Assembly: GCA_964457775.1 (NCBI GenBank)
Contig: CAYWEW010000005.1
Location: 5,398 to 69,397 of the forward strand
DNA: 64,000 nt
Direction: 5' to 3'
From: an uncultured Candidatus Saccharibacteria bacterium
GTDB taxonomy: Bacteria; Patescibacteriota; Minisyncoccia; Phycocordibacterales; UBA5272
Position 1 is the first letter of the stretch, and each line of letters opens with the position of its first letter. The notes below the pieces were generated by a model that did not search any database, was not told the origin of the DNA, and saw only the letters and a list, made by a program, of their open reading frames with translations. Shown in pieces: positions 29,331 through 37,818 of the stretch. A program made the translations under genes and the position numbers.

Positions 29331-29359
29331 AAAAGCGCGACCACGGTCGCGCTTTTTTC
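29331..29359. terminator. Bidirectional intrinsic terminator
   Basis: aaaagcgcgaccacggtcgcgctttttt between convergent genes. Confidence 0.7.
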
Positions 29360-29374
29360 TGTATTTTCTATGCT

Positions 29375-31129
29375 CTATATTCTATTTTTTATCTCTGTAC
29401 TCAACTTCTCCACCAATTCACTTATTTTCATCTCGCCAATTTTACCTAGTGTACGATGTTCAAGTGTTACTGTCCCGTTTGCAACTTCAGCATCTCCGAT
29501 AACTGCCCAGTAGGGGGTTTTCATTTCACGAGTATTACGAATCTTCTTACCAAGTCCTTCTCGACTGTTGTCTAACTTAATACGAATATTTGCTTCCTCT
29601 AATAATGAATGAATAGTTTTTGCGTATTCATTATGAGCATCTGAAATAGGAAGTATGGTGATTTGATTTGGAGATAACCAAAGAGGGAAGTTGCCTGCGA
29701 AGTGTTCTATCATTACACCCATAAATCTTTCAAGTGAACCACTTATTGCGCGATGTATAACCACAGGACGCTCTTTCTTTCCTTCCGTATTAATAAAATT
29801 CAAATCAAATCTTTCTGGTAAATTAAAGTCACATTGTATTGTGGCGAGTTGCCATTCACGACCAATTGCGTCCTTGAACATGAAGTCTAATTTTGGTCCG
29901 TAGAATGCCGCTTCGCCTTCGACTCTTTTATAATTAAGTCCATTCGCTTTTGCTGCTTTTTCAAGAGAACTTTCTGCTAAGTCCCATACTTCATCTGTTC
30001 CTAAATATTTACTCTTATCATCTCCACGAACTGACCATGACACCCAGTATCCTTCCATCATCCCCATTGTTGTATAAAATTCTTTTATTATTCCCACAAT
30101 AGTAGAAACTTCTTCTTCTATTTGTTCTACACGACAAAAGAGGTGACCATCATCTTGAGTGATAGCACGCACGCGCAAGAGTCCACCTAATTGTCCTGAT
30201 TTTTCATCTCTGTATACAGTCGCTGGTTCAAAGTATCTAACCGGCATATCACGATATGAGAATTGATTGTCGGCGAAAATCTGCATATGGTGAGGACAGT
30301 TCATTGGCTTCATAATAAACTTGTCTTCTTTTCCTTGTACACGGAAAAGTTCATCACCAAACTTTGCAGCGTGACCCGATGTTTCATAAAGTGCTTCCTT
30401 TGCAATATGTGGGGTCCATACACGTGAGTATCCTTTCTTACTATGAAGTGTCCATAGATAGTCCTCAATTTCTTTTCTAATTATCATGCCGTTAGGTTGC
30501 ATAAGTGGAAGACCAGCACCAATAAGAGGGGAAACAGTAAAAAGTTTTAGTTGTGCACCGATAATTCTATGGTCACGTTTCTTAGCTTCTTCTTGTTGGA
30601 ATATATATGCATCTAATTCTTCTTTTGTTTCAAATGCTAGACCATATATACGGGTGAGCATTGGTTTGGTCTCGTCTCCGCGCCAGTAAGCTCCAGCTAA
30701 GTGTGATAGTTTAAAAGAATCATGGGAAATTTCTTTAGTGTTATCAACATGTGGACCTTCACATAAATCAAAAAATTCTCCACCGGTATAATACAGTGTT
30801 ACATCTTGTCCTTTTGTTTTTATCCCATCAATTAATTCTATTTTAAATGGATTAACTTTGAACAATCCTTCAGCGATACCTGGAGTAACTGTCTCAACTT
30901 TAAAATCTAAGTTGCGCTTAAGAATTTCACGCATTGTCTTTTCTAATTTTGGCAAGTCTTCATTAGTTGGTTTTACTCCATCAACAAAGTCGATATCATA
31001 ATAGAAGCCAGTATCAGTTACAGGTCCAATAGTAGGTAAAGCGTGAGGAAAATGGTGTTTTATGGCCATTAAAAGCACATGGGCAAGGGAATGGCGTTTT
31101 TTGAATAGGGGGGATTTTTCTTCGTTCAT
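29375..31129 (-). CDS. thrS: Threonine--tRNA ligase (lacking long N-terminal domains)
   Basis: SLAHVLLMAIKHHFPHALPTIGPVTDTGFYYD plus class II core and C-terminal anticodon-binding domain. Confidence 0.9.
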   Translation of the reverse strand: MNEEKSPLFKKRHSLAHVLLMAIKHHFPHALPTIGPVTDTGFYYDIDFVDGVKPTNEDLPKLEKTMREILKRNLDFKVETVTPGIAEGLFKVNPFKIELIDGIKTKGQDVTLYYTGGEFFDLCEGPHVDNTKEISHDSFKLSHLAGAYWRGDETKPMLTRIYGLAFETKEELDAYIFQQEEAKKRDHRIIGAQLKLFTVSPLIGAGLPLMQPNGMIIRKEIEDYLWTLHSKKGYSRVWTPHIAKEALYETSGHAAKFGDELFRVQGKEDKFIMKPMNCPHHMQIFADNQFSYRDMPVRYFEPATVYRDEKSGQLGGLLRVRAITQDDGHLFCRVEQIEEEVSTIVGIIKEFYTTMGMMEGYWVSWSVRGDDKSKYLGTDEVWDLAESSLEKAAKANGLNYKRVEGEAAFYGPKLDFMFKDAIGREWQLATIQCDFNLPERFDLNFINTEGKKERPVVIHRAISGSLERFMGVMIEHFAGNFPLWLSPNQITILPISDAHNEYAKTIHSLLEEANIRIKLDNSREGLGKKIRNTREMKTPYWAVIGDAEVANGTVTLEHRTLGKIGEMKISELVEKLSTEIKNRI

Positions 31130-31287
31130 AATCTTCTTATAATATCAGAAAAATCAAGAAATGTGGAGTGTTTGTGGGTATATACTTCCTTGACTTAGTC
31201 TGCAGGTTTTGTACTATTAAATAACTGGCCAGAATTCCCGCACAACACACTGAAATAATATTCTGGCAAGTAACCTAATTTAACTTT

Positions 31288-31848
31288 ATGTCACCACTTT
31301 ATATTTTTATTGGAATTGCAGTTGTTCTAGTTTTTGTTGTTATTGGAATGTATAACGGACTGGTTCGAGCACGTCTTCATGTTAAGGAAGCTTGGGCAGA
31401 TATTGATGTACAACTTAAACGTCGCTTTGATCTTATTCCTAATCTTGTGAACACAATCAAAGGTTCAACAAATTTTGAAAGTTCTACACTTGAAAAAGTT
31501 GTTGAAGCTCGTGCAAAAGCAATGCAGGCAGGTACACCAAAGGAACACGGAGAAGCAGAGAATCAATTAACTGGTGCACTAAAGAGCATCTTTGCACTTT
31601 CTGAAAGTTATCCTGATTTGAAATCAAATCAGAACTTCCTGTCTCTTCAAAGTGAGCTTGCAGATACTGAGAATAAAATTCAGGCAGCTCGTCGATTCTA
31701 TAATAGCAATGTTATGGAATACAATACAAAGATACAAACAGTACCAACAAATATTTTTGCGAAAATTTTTTCATTTGTTGAGTCTGAATTCTTTGAACTT
31801 GGTGAAGGGGAGCAAGCAGCAAAACAACCAGTTGAAGTAAAATTCTAG
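31288..31848 (+). CDS. lemA: LemA family protein
   Basis: N-terminal TM, and LemA motifs RFDLIPNLVNTIKG, SESYPDLKSNQNFLSLQSEL, RRFYNSNVMEYNTKIQTVPTNIFAKIF. Confidence 0.9.
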   Translation: MSPLYIFIGIAVVLVFVVIGMYNGLVRARLHVKEAWADIDVQLKRRFDLIPNLVNTIKGSTNFESSTLEKVVEARAKAMQAGTPKEHGEAENQLTGALKSIFALSESYPDLKSNQNFLSLQSELADTENKIQAARRFYNSNVMEYNTKIQTVPTNIFAKIFSFVESEFFELGEGEQAAKQPVEVKF

Positions 31849-31921
31849 GACGAAGTACTTGGTTTGTGGTCAGGAGATTTTGTATTTCTACCCACTGATC
31901 ATCTAAAACTATCATCTACAT

Positions 31922-32836
31922 ATGACATTATATAAACAACAATCATCAAACGTAAAAAAGACTTGGTTCCTTATGACAGGGTTTTTACTTTTAGTTATTG
32001 CTATTGGTTTTGCACTGTCTTATTGGTATGGAAACTCAATGTTCTTATATATTGCTATCGCTTTTAGTTTTTTAACAAATATCGGAGCATATTGGTTTTC
32101 AGATAAACTAGTTCTTTCGATGGCAAATGCAAAAAGAATAGAATCAAAAGATGATTATCCTGAACTTTGGAATACAATGGAAAACCTTTGCATTACAGCA
32201 GGTCTTCCTATGCCAAAACTCTATATCATTGATGATCCTGCACCAAATGCTTTTGCTACTGGACGTGACAAAAAACATTCTGTGGTTGCTGTTACAACAG
32301 GATTATTGCCACTTCTCACCAAGTCAGAATTAGAGGGTGTACTTGCTCATGAGCTTGCCCACATAGGGAATAAGGACATGCTAATACAAACAGTAGTTGT
32401 TGTGTTTGCAGGTATGATTTCATTAATAGGAAATCTAGCATTCCACCTTTCTTCATTTGGAGGGCGTGATGATGAAAAGAAAAATCCTTTGTTAATGATT
32501 GTTGGAGTCTTGGCAATAATACTTGCTCCGATTGCTGCGACGATTATCAAGTTAGCTATTTCTCGCGAACGTGAATTTTTGGCAGATGCAACAGGGGCGC
32601 TTATTACAAGATATCCAGACGGACTTGCTTCAGCACTTCAAAAGATTAGTAATTTTCATCAGCCAATGCGAGTGCAGAACAGCACTATCGCCCATTTATT
32701 TATTTCTGATCCATCAGGAATAAATGATGAATCTGAGGCACGTGAAAATGAAAAAGTTTCTTTTGTTCAGAAGTTGTTCATGACACATCCACCAGTACAA
32801 GAGAGAGTTGATGCTCTTTTGGGTAAGAAGAAATAA
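31922..32836 (+). CDS. htpX: Zinc metalloprotease HtpX (M48)
   Basis: HELAHIGNKDM (HExxH), four TM segments. Conserved lemA-htpX adjacency. Confidence 0.9.
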   Translation: MTLYKQQSSNVKKTWFLMTGFLLLVIAIGFALSYWYGNSMFLYIAIAFSFLTNIGAYWFSDKLVLSMANAKRIESKDDYPELWNTMENLCITAGLPMPKLYIIDDPAPNAFATGRDKKHSVVAVTTGLLPLLTKSELEGVLAHELAHIGNKDMLIQTVVVVFAGMISLIGNLAFHLSSFGGRDDEKKNPLLMIVGVLAIILAPIAATIIKLAISREREFLADATGALITRYPDGLASALQKISNFHQPMRVQNSTIAHLFISDPSGINDESEARENEKVSFVQKLFMTHPPVQERVDALLGKKK

Positions 32837-32847
32837 AAATCCTTTCG

Positions 32848-32900
32848 TTATTAGTTAGGAAGTTATTCGTTCTTCGTTGTAATTTCCTAACGACCAACTA
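32848..32900 (+). repeat. Post-stop hairpin element with GTTATTAGTTAGGA motif
   Basis: gttattagttaggaagttattcgttcttcgttgtaatttcctaacgacc; related copies at 8803..8850, about 2802 and about 63250 (reverse complement). Confidence 0.45.
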
Positions 32901-32981
32901 CTAACGTTTATTTTGTTGTATACATACCAAATAATATCTCTATGGTACACTTAGATTAATAAATATTTTAATTTACTTATT

Positions 32982-33386
32982 ATGATGTTATTTGGAATGA
33001 TTTTCGGTGCTTTGGTAACTCTTGTGGTTGTTTTTTGTTATATCATAACAATATCTTTTACTGTTTGGATGATTGTTGATGCTGGCAAGCAAGATAGATT
33101 TTGGTGGCTTACATTTATTATAGGTGTTCCAATTATCGGTCCAGCGGTTTATTATTTCACTGAAAAGAAGCATGAATATATAAAGGCGCCAGTACATCAT
33201 TTACATGAAAGTGAAACAGAAGAACAACACGAGAGAGCTCCACGTAAGAAAATTTCTCGTAAAGCTAAAGCACAAACAGAAGATAAAAAAGAAGTGAGTG
33301 ATTTGAAAGAAGAAACATCTCAAAAATTAGAAGAGGGGCAAGTTACACAAGAAATTATAAATGAAGTAGAAACCAAGCAAGGATAG
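32982..33386 (+). CDS. Small membrane protein with PLD-nuclease N-terminal-like (PLDc_N) domain
   Basis: VWMIVDAGKQDRFWWLTFIIGVPIIGPAVYYF followed by a charged tail. Confidence 0.5.
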   Translation: MMLFGMIFGALVTLVVVFCYIITISFTVWMIVDAGKQDRFWWLTFIIGVPIIGPAVYYFTEKKHEYIKAPVHHLHESETEEQHERAPRKKISRKAKAQTEDKKEVSDLKEETSQKLEEGQVTQEIINEVETKQG

Positions 33387-33421
33387 TAATTTATTAAAAA
33401 TTCCACTAATAAGTGGGATTT

Positions 33422-33646
33422 TTAATGATAAATAATATCACCCACTTCCTTCAGTGCTTTATTTTCATCTTTTTCAAAATCATCGATAAACTCTGGGTGG
33501 TCATTTATTATATTTCTAAAATCAGATGAGTGTTTTTCAATAAAAGAATCAATAGATTCTCCATGTAATTGTGCAAGTTTTATTTGCATCATATTTGCAA
33601 TAAGCACTGATTTGTTTTGAGTTGGTTGCATTTCAAAATTTTCCAT
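33422..33646 (-). CDS. Hypothetical small protein
   Basis: ORF only. Confidence 0.3.
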   Translation of the reverse strand: MENFEMQPTQNKSVLIANMMQIKLAQLHGESIDSFIEKHSSDFRNIINDHPEFIDDFEKDENKALKEVGDIIYH

Positions 33647-33727
33647 ACATTAAGTATCTCATAAATTAATGCGAATAATCAAAGTAAATCTATTGTGATA
33701 TAATTGCAAGGTGTTTATTAAATAAAT

Positions 33728-33815
33728 GGAGAGGTGGCAGAGCGGTTTAACGCACTACCTTGGAAAGGTAGCAACTGGGTAACCGGTTCGGGGGTTCGAA
33801 TCCCCCCCTCTCCGC
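33728..33815 (+). tRNA. tRNA-Ser (anticodon GGA), no encoded CCA
   Basis: Acceptor GGAGAGG/CCTCTCC, anticodon loop ttGGAaa, long variable arm, T-arm GGGGGTTCGAATCCCCC. Confidence 0.85.
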
Positions 33816-33857
33816 AAAATAAAAAAACTAAAGCTTTTGCCTTAGTTTTTTATTTTA

Positions 33858-34150
33858 CGGAGAGGGAGAAAGTGACCTGCGTCACTTTCATGGGGATTCG
33901 AATAGGGGTCGCGAATCTACTTCGAGCAAAGCGAGGCAGATTTGTGACCGAATCCCTCACCCCTCCGCTTTGAAAATAAATTAACTCACTTTTTAAGTGA
34001 GTTAATTTATTTTGCGGTGAGGGAGAAAACCAACCGCTTGGTTTTCGTGGGGATTCGAATAGGCGAATCAGCAGATTCGGTTATTGGAACTAGCGAAACC
34101 CATTCTGACGAGCTTGCGAGGAGGGGTTTTGTGACCGAATCCCCATACTC
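33858..34150 (+). repeat. Two tandem degenerate tRNA-Ser-like units separated by a perfect palindrome
   Basis: Unit A 33858-33968 and unit B 34015-34150 each start cgg(a/t)gagggagaaa plus a hairpin, contain ggggattcgaatagg ... ttttgtgaccgaatccc and end with ..cccctccg or ..ccccatactc. The palindrome is 33972-34014. Confidence 0.5.
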
Positions 34151-34502
34151 AAACCACACTTCAAGGTATACTAAACAAATGAAATCAATTGTAAAAAATC
34201 CTTACCTGGATGCATTGCTTAAGCTAATGCTCCTGTCCGCCATTATTCATATGTTTGTGTTGGTTATTTATTCTGTGTTGAATGGCAATATTTTCTATTT
34301 AAATTTCTTTAAAATTATAAACATCGATTTGTTTTTTCCTCAAATAGTTAATTTGGATTGTTACGGACTTTATTCATTTGTTATTACTATTTGGTTGTAT
34401 ATATTAATTTATTACATTTCAAATATTAAAAATAAAAAATAAGTTATTTAATATAATATTAGCTATACAACCTCCACAATTTAGTGTATTTTGTATATAG
34501 CT

Positions 34503-35234
34503 ATGAAAGATGCTGTAAGAATAGAAAATTTAAAGAAGGTGTATCGTGGAAAGAAAGATAAAGAAGTTTTGCACGGTGTTAACTTAACTATCCCGAAAGG
34601 GCAGTTTTTTGGATTGCTTGGTCCAAATGGTGCTGGTAAAACAACAATGATTAGTTGTATAACTGGTGTATCTAATCCAACAGAGGGGAGTATTTTTGTT
34701 TTTGTAAAAGATGTTGTAAAAGAATACCGTGAAGCACGTGCTCATGTTGGTGTTTCTCCTCAAGAATTTAACATAGACACATTTCAAACAGTTGATGAGA
34801 TTTTGGATTATCAGGCAGGATTTTTTGGAATAGTTGGTTCTAATATGAAAATTCGCCGTGAAGAAATGCTTACTCAGTTTGATTTAATTTCTCATCGAGA
34901 TAAAAAGTTTCAATTTCTCTCTGGAGGTCTTAAGAGAAGGGTGACACTTGCAAAGGCTATGATGCATAATCCAGATTTATTAATATTAGATGAACCAACA
35001 GCAGGTGTCGATGTAGAAACCCGTCGTTCACTTTGGAAATTTTTGAAAGAGTTACATAAAAATGGAAAGACAATTATTCTCACTTCTCATTATTTGGAGG
35101 AGATTGAAGAATTGTGTGAACGTGTGGCTATTATAAAAGATGGTCAAATCATAATTGACGACAGTGTTAATAATCTTACTAAGGAACATAAACTTGAAAA
35201 GGTATATTTAGAGGCGGTGGGGCATATAGATTAA
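34503..35234 (+). CDS. ABC transporter ATP-binding protein
   Basis: Walker A GPNGAGKTT, signature LSGGLKRRV, Walker B LLILDEPTAGVD. The track TTG start at 34491 overlaps a -10-like TGTATATA, so ATG 34503 is preferred. Confidence 0.9.
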   Translation: MKDAVRIENLKKVYRGKKDKEVLHGVNLTIPKGQFFGLLGPNGAGKTTMISCITGVSNPTEGSIFVFVKDVVKEYREARAHVGVSPQEFNIDTFQTVDEILDYQAGFFGIVGSNMKIRREEMLTQFDLISHRDKKFQFLSGGLKRRVTLAKAMMHNPDLLILDEPTAGVDVETRRSLWKFLKELHKNGKTIILTSHYLEEIEELCERVAIIKDGQIIIDDSVNNLTKEHKLEKVYLEAVGHID

Positions 35235-35238
35235 AAAT

Positions 35239-36009
35239 ATGATAACAAATTGGATTGGATTTTATACATTAATAAGAAGGGAAGTAGGAAGAACAAAAAG
35301 AGTTATTGGACAAGCTCTTGTTGCGCCACTTGTTACTGCATCACTTTATATTTTTGTTTTTGGATATGTTATTGGAAGTAAAATAGAATTGATTGAAGGA
35401 ATAAAATACATTAATTTTGTTTTTCCTGGAGTGTTTGCGATGAATCTTATTTTGGCAGTATTTAGTGCAACGTCTTTTTCAACATTTTTTATGAAATTTC
35501 AAAAGACAATAGAAGATTTACTTACCCTTCCACTGTCGTATGCTGAGTTGGTTATTTCTCTTATAGTAAGTGGTATTGTGAGGGCTTTTGTTATTTCTGT
35601 CGCCTTGTCATTTGTTGCAATATTTTTTGGAGTAGCAACATTAGCTCACCCTCTTGTACTTATTCTTTATGTACTTTTAACAGGTATTTTTTTTGGATTA
35701 TTGGGAGTAGTTATTGGTGTTTGGGCAGATAGTAGTTTCGAAAAGATTGGTATAGCAACTAATTTTATTTTGACCCCGCTTACATTTTTGGGTGGAGCAT
35801 TTTATTCTATACACATGCTTCCACCTAATCTTCAGTTTTTGGTTTCTTTCAATCCAATTTTTTATGTAGTAGACGGTATAAGATATTCTCTCACTGGTTA
35901 TCACGAAAGTTCTTTATTACTAGGTGTGGGAGTTCTTACTTCCATGTCTGTTGTTGTTCTTACTATTTGTATTTATATATTTAAGACAGGTTGGAAATTA
36001 CGTGCATAA
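35239..36009 (+). CDS. ABC-2 type transporter permease
   Basis: Six hydrophobic segments, immediately after the ATPase. Confidence 0.8.
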   Translation: MITNWIGFYTLIRREVGRTKRVIGQALVAPLVTASLYIFVFGYVIGSKIELIEGIKYINFVFPGVFAMNLILAVFSATSFSTFFMKFQKTIEDLLTLPLSYAELVISLIVSGIVRAFVISVALSFVAIFFGVATLAHPLVLILYVLLTGIFFGLLGVVIGVWADSSFEKIGIATNFILTPLTFLGGAFYSIHMLPPNLQFLVSFNPIFYVVDGIRYSLTGYHESSLLLGVGVLTSMSVVVLTICIYIFKTGWKLRA

Positions 36010-36016
36010 TAATTTT

Positions 36017-36487
36017 ATGAAAGTTGTGGTACTTGATAATTTGCGTTCAGTTTATAATGTTGGTTCTATTTTTCGTACTGCTAATGCTGTTGGAATAGAT
36101 AAGATTTATTTATGTGGAACAACGCCAACACCACTAGACAAGAAAGGATTACGAAGAAAAGATTTTGCAAAAGTCGCGCTTGGCGCAGAAGATATTGTTG
36201 CTTGGGAATACGTAGAAAATGCAATTGATTGTGTTAATAAATTAAAAAATGAAAGTTATTACGTAATTTCTCTTGAACAAGATAATAATTCTGTGGATTA
36301 TAAAGAAGCGAGTATAAAAGATAAAGAAAATGTTGCTTTTGTAATCGGAAGTGAAGTAGATGGAATTAATCATGAAATAATTAAGGTGTCAGATGTTGTA
36401 GCAGAAATACCAATGCTCGGGACAAAGGAGTCGCTCAATGTAACTATCGCTTTTGGTATAGCTGTATATCGTATTTTGGGTGTATAG
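36017..36487 (+). CDS. SpoU/TrmH-family RNA 2'-O-methyltransferase
   Basis: MKVVVLDNLRSVYNVGSIFRTANAVGID...IGSE.DGI...ESLNVTIAFGIAVY. The track start at 35924 overlaps the permease, so ATG 36017 right after its stop is preferred. Confidence 0.75.
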   Translation: MKVVVLDNLRSVYNVGSIFRTANAVGIDKIYLCGTTPTPLDKKGLRRKDFAKVALGAEDIVAWEYVENAIDCVNKLKNESYYVISLEQDNNSVDYKEASIKDKENVAFVIGSEVDGINHEIIKVSDVVAEIPMLGTKESLNVTIAFGIAVYRILGV

Positions 36488-36558
36488 GAAAGTATCGGAT
36501 AATTATTACAAAATAAAAAGTGACCACCTTGATATTGGTGGCCACGATTGTGTGAGTG

Positions 36559-36900
36559 TTACATCGAGTCGATAACCAACTGGCAACATCCGCAATTTTT
36601 TATCAGTTTTTTTTCACAGCAAAACGGAGTCGTTGGTTTCCACTTTTGGTCTATTTTCCCACTACCACAGAATTGGCACCTACCATTTATTATTCCGATC
36701 GGTTCGTTATTTGGGTTGTTCTCTTCCCTCATTTTCTCAAACCTTTTGAACATTTCTTCCGGGAAAGGTTTTCCACCATGGAAACTGTTCTCATATTTTG
36801 GTTTATTCTGTCGGTTTGGTGTAAGAATGATTATAATGAACATTATAATCAGACCAAAAAGTAGCGCAACCCAAAAAGGAATTCCAGCTTCAGGGTACAT
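36559..36900 (-). CDS. Small membrane-anchored Cys-rich protein
   Basis: N-terminal TM (IPFWVALLFGLIIMFIIIILT) and C-terminal CQFCGSG...CCEKKLIKNCGCCQ. A hairpin (36517-36547) plus T-tract is correctly oriented for the minus strand just downstream. The overlapping plus-strand ORFs are rejected. Confidence 0.45.
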   Translation of the reverse strand: MYPEAGIPFWVALLFGLIIMFIIIILTPNRQNKPKYENSFHGGKPFPEEMFKRFEKMREENNPNNEPIGIINGRCQFCGSGKIDQKWKPTTPFCCEKKLIKNCGCCQLVIDSM

Positions 36901-37016
36901 TTTGTTCTCCTAGTTTAGTTCTACAGATGTACTTCTTCTATATATAACTCTACATCATTTGTAAAATTTGTCAATTTCACAAAGATACATTGTTATTTTT
37001 TGATATAATTATTTAC

Positions 37017-37784
37017 GTGATAAACATAAAAAAAGAACTTAGGAAATATGCAACCAAAGAAAGAGCAAAAGTAAATGCTTGGTTTTTTAAAACAGGAAAA
37101 GGGCAGTATGGTGAAGGAGATATATTTCTTGGTATTACGGTTCCGAATGTACGAAAGGTTGTGAAACTGTTTTTTCAGCCAGAGGCTGATCAGCCCCTGG
37201 CTGAAAATATTATTGATGTTGCAGTAGAATTATTGCAATCAAAATATCATGAAGTGCGATTAGCAGGCTGTATTCTTATGGTTGAAATGTTCAAACTGGC
37301 AATGAATAATAAGAATGAAAAAGAGTTAAAGAAAATTTATAAAACATATTTAAAGAATACAAACAGAATAAATAACTGGGATTTGGTTGATGTGTCGTGT
37401 CCTTCTATTGTTGGTATATATTTGTACAAGGTCCTTCCTTGTACTGAATACAAGGAAGGACCTTGTACAAAAATTTTATATAAGTTGGCAAATTCAAAAA
37501 GTCTTTGGGAGAGACGAATTGCTATTGTGTCGACATTTGCTTTCATTAAGCAAGGTAATTATAAAGTTACATTTGATTTGTGTGAAATATTGATGAATGA
37601 TAAAGAAGATTTAATACACAAAGCTTGTGGTTGGATGCTTCGTGAAGTTGGGAAGAATTGTGGTATAGAAACTTTAAATATTTTCTTAGAAAAACACGCA
37701 AATCATATGCCTCGCACAATGCTTAGATATGCAATTGAGAAACATCATCCAATAGAGCGAGCAAAATTTTTGGCAAAAAAATAG
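37017..37784 (+). CDS. DNA alkylation repair protein (AlkD/AlkC-like HEAT-repeat glycosylase family)
   Basis: RAKVNAWFFKTGKGQYGEGDIFLGITVPNVRKVVK plus HEAT-like repeats. The track TTG start at 36990 overlaps TGATATAAT, so GTG 37017 is the likely leaderless start. Confidence 0.6.
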   Translation: MINIKKELRKYATKERAKVNAWFFKTGKGQYGEGDIFLGITVPNVRKVVKLFFQPEADQPLAENIIDVAVELLQSKYHEVRLAGCILMVEMFKLAMNNKNEKELKKIYKTYLKNTNRINNWDLVDVSCPSIVGIYLYKVLPCTEYKEGPCTKILYKLANSKSLWERRIAIVSTFAFIKQGNYKVTFDLCEILMNDKEDLIHKACGWMLREVGKNCGIETLNIFLEKHANHMPRTMLRYAIEKHHPIERAKFLAKK

Positions 37785-37818
37785 AATGGTAACTTTTTTT
37801 ATGTTAGAATAAAACACT

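Noticed and set aside
33734-34442. ORFs 33734..33973 and 34017..34442
   Set aside because: They overlap tRNA-Ser and the tRNA-like repeat units or palindrome. Composition is driven by the repeats, with no RBS or promoter logic.
36548-36913. Plus-strand ORFs 36548..36913 and 36556..36864
   Set aside because: The minus-strand ORF has a TM anchor, a Cys-rich tail and a correctly oriented hairpin/T-tract terminator. The plus-strand products are low-complexity.
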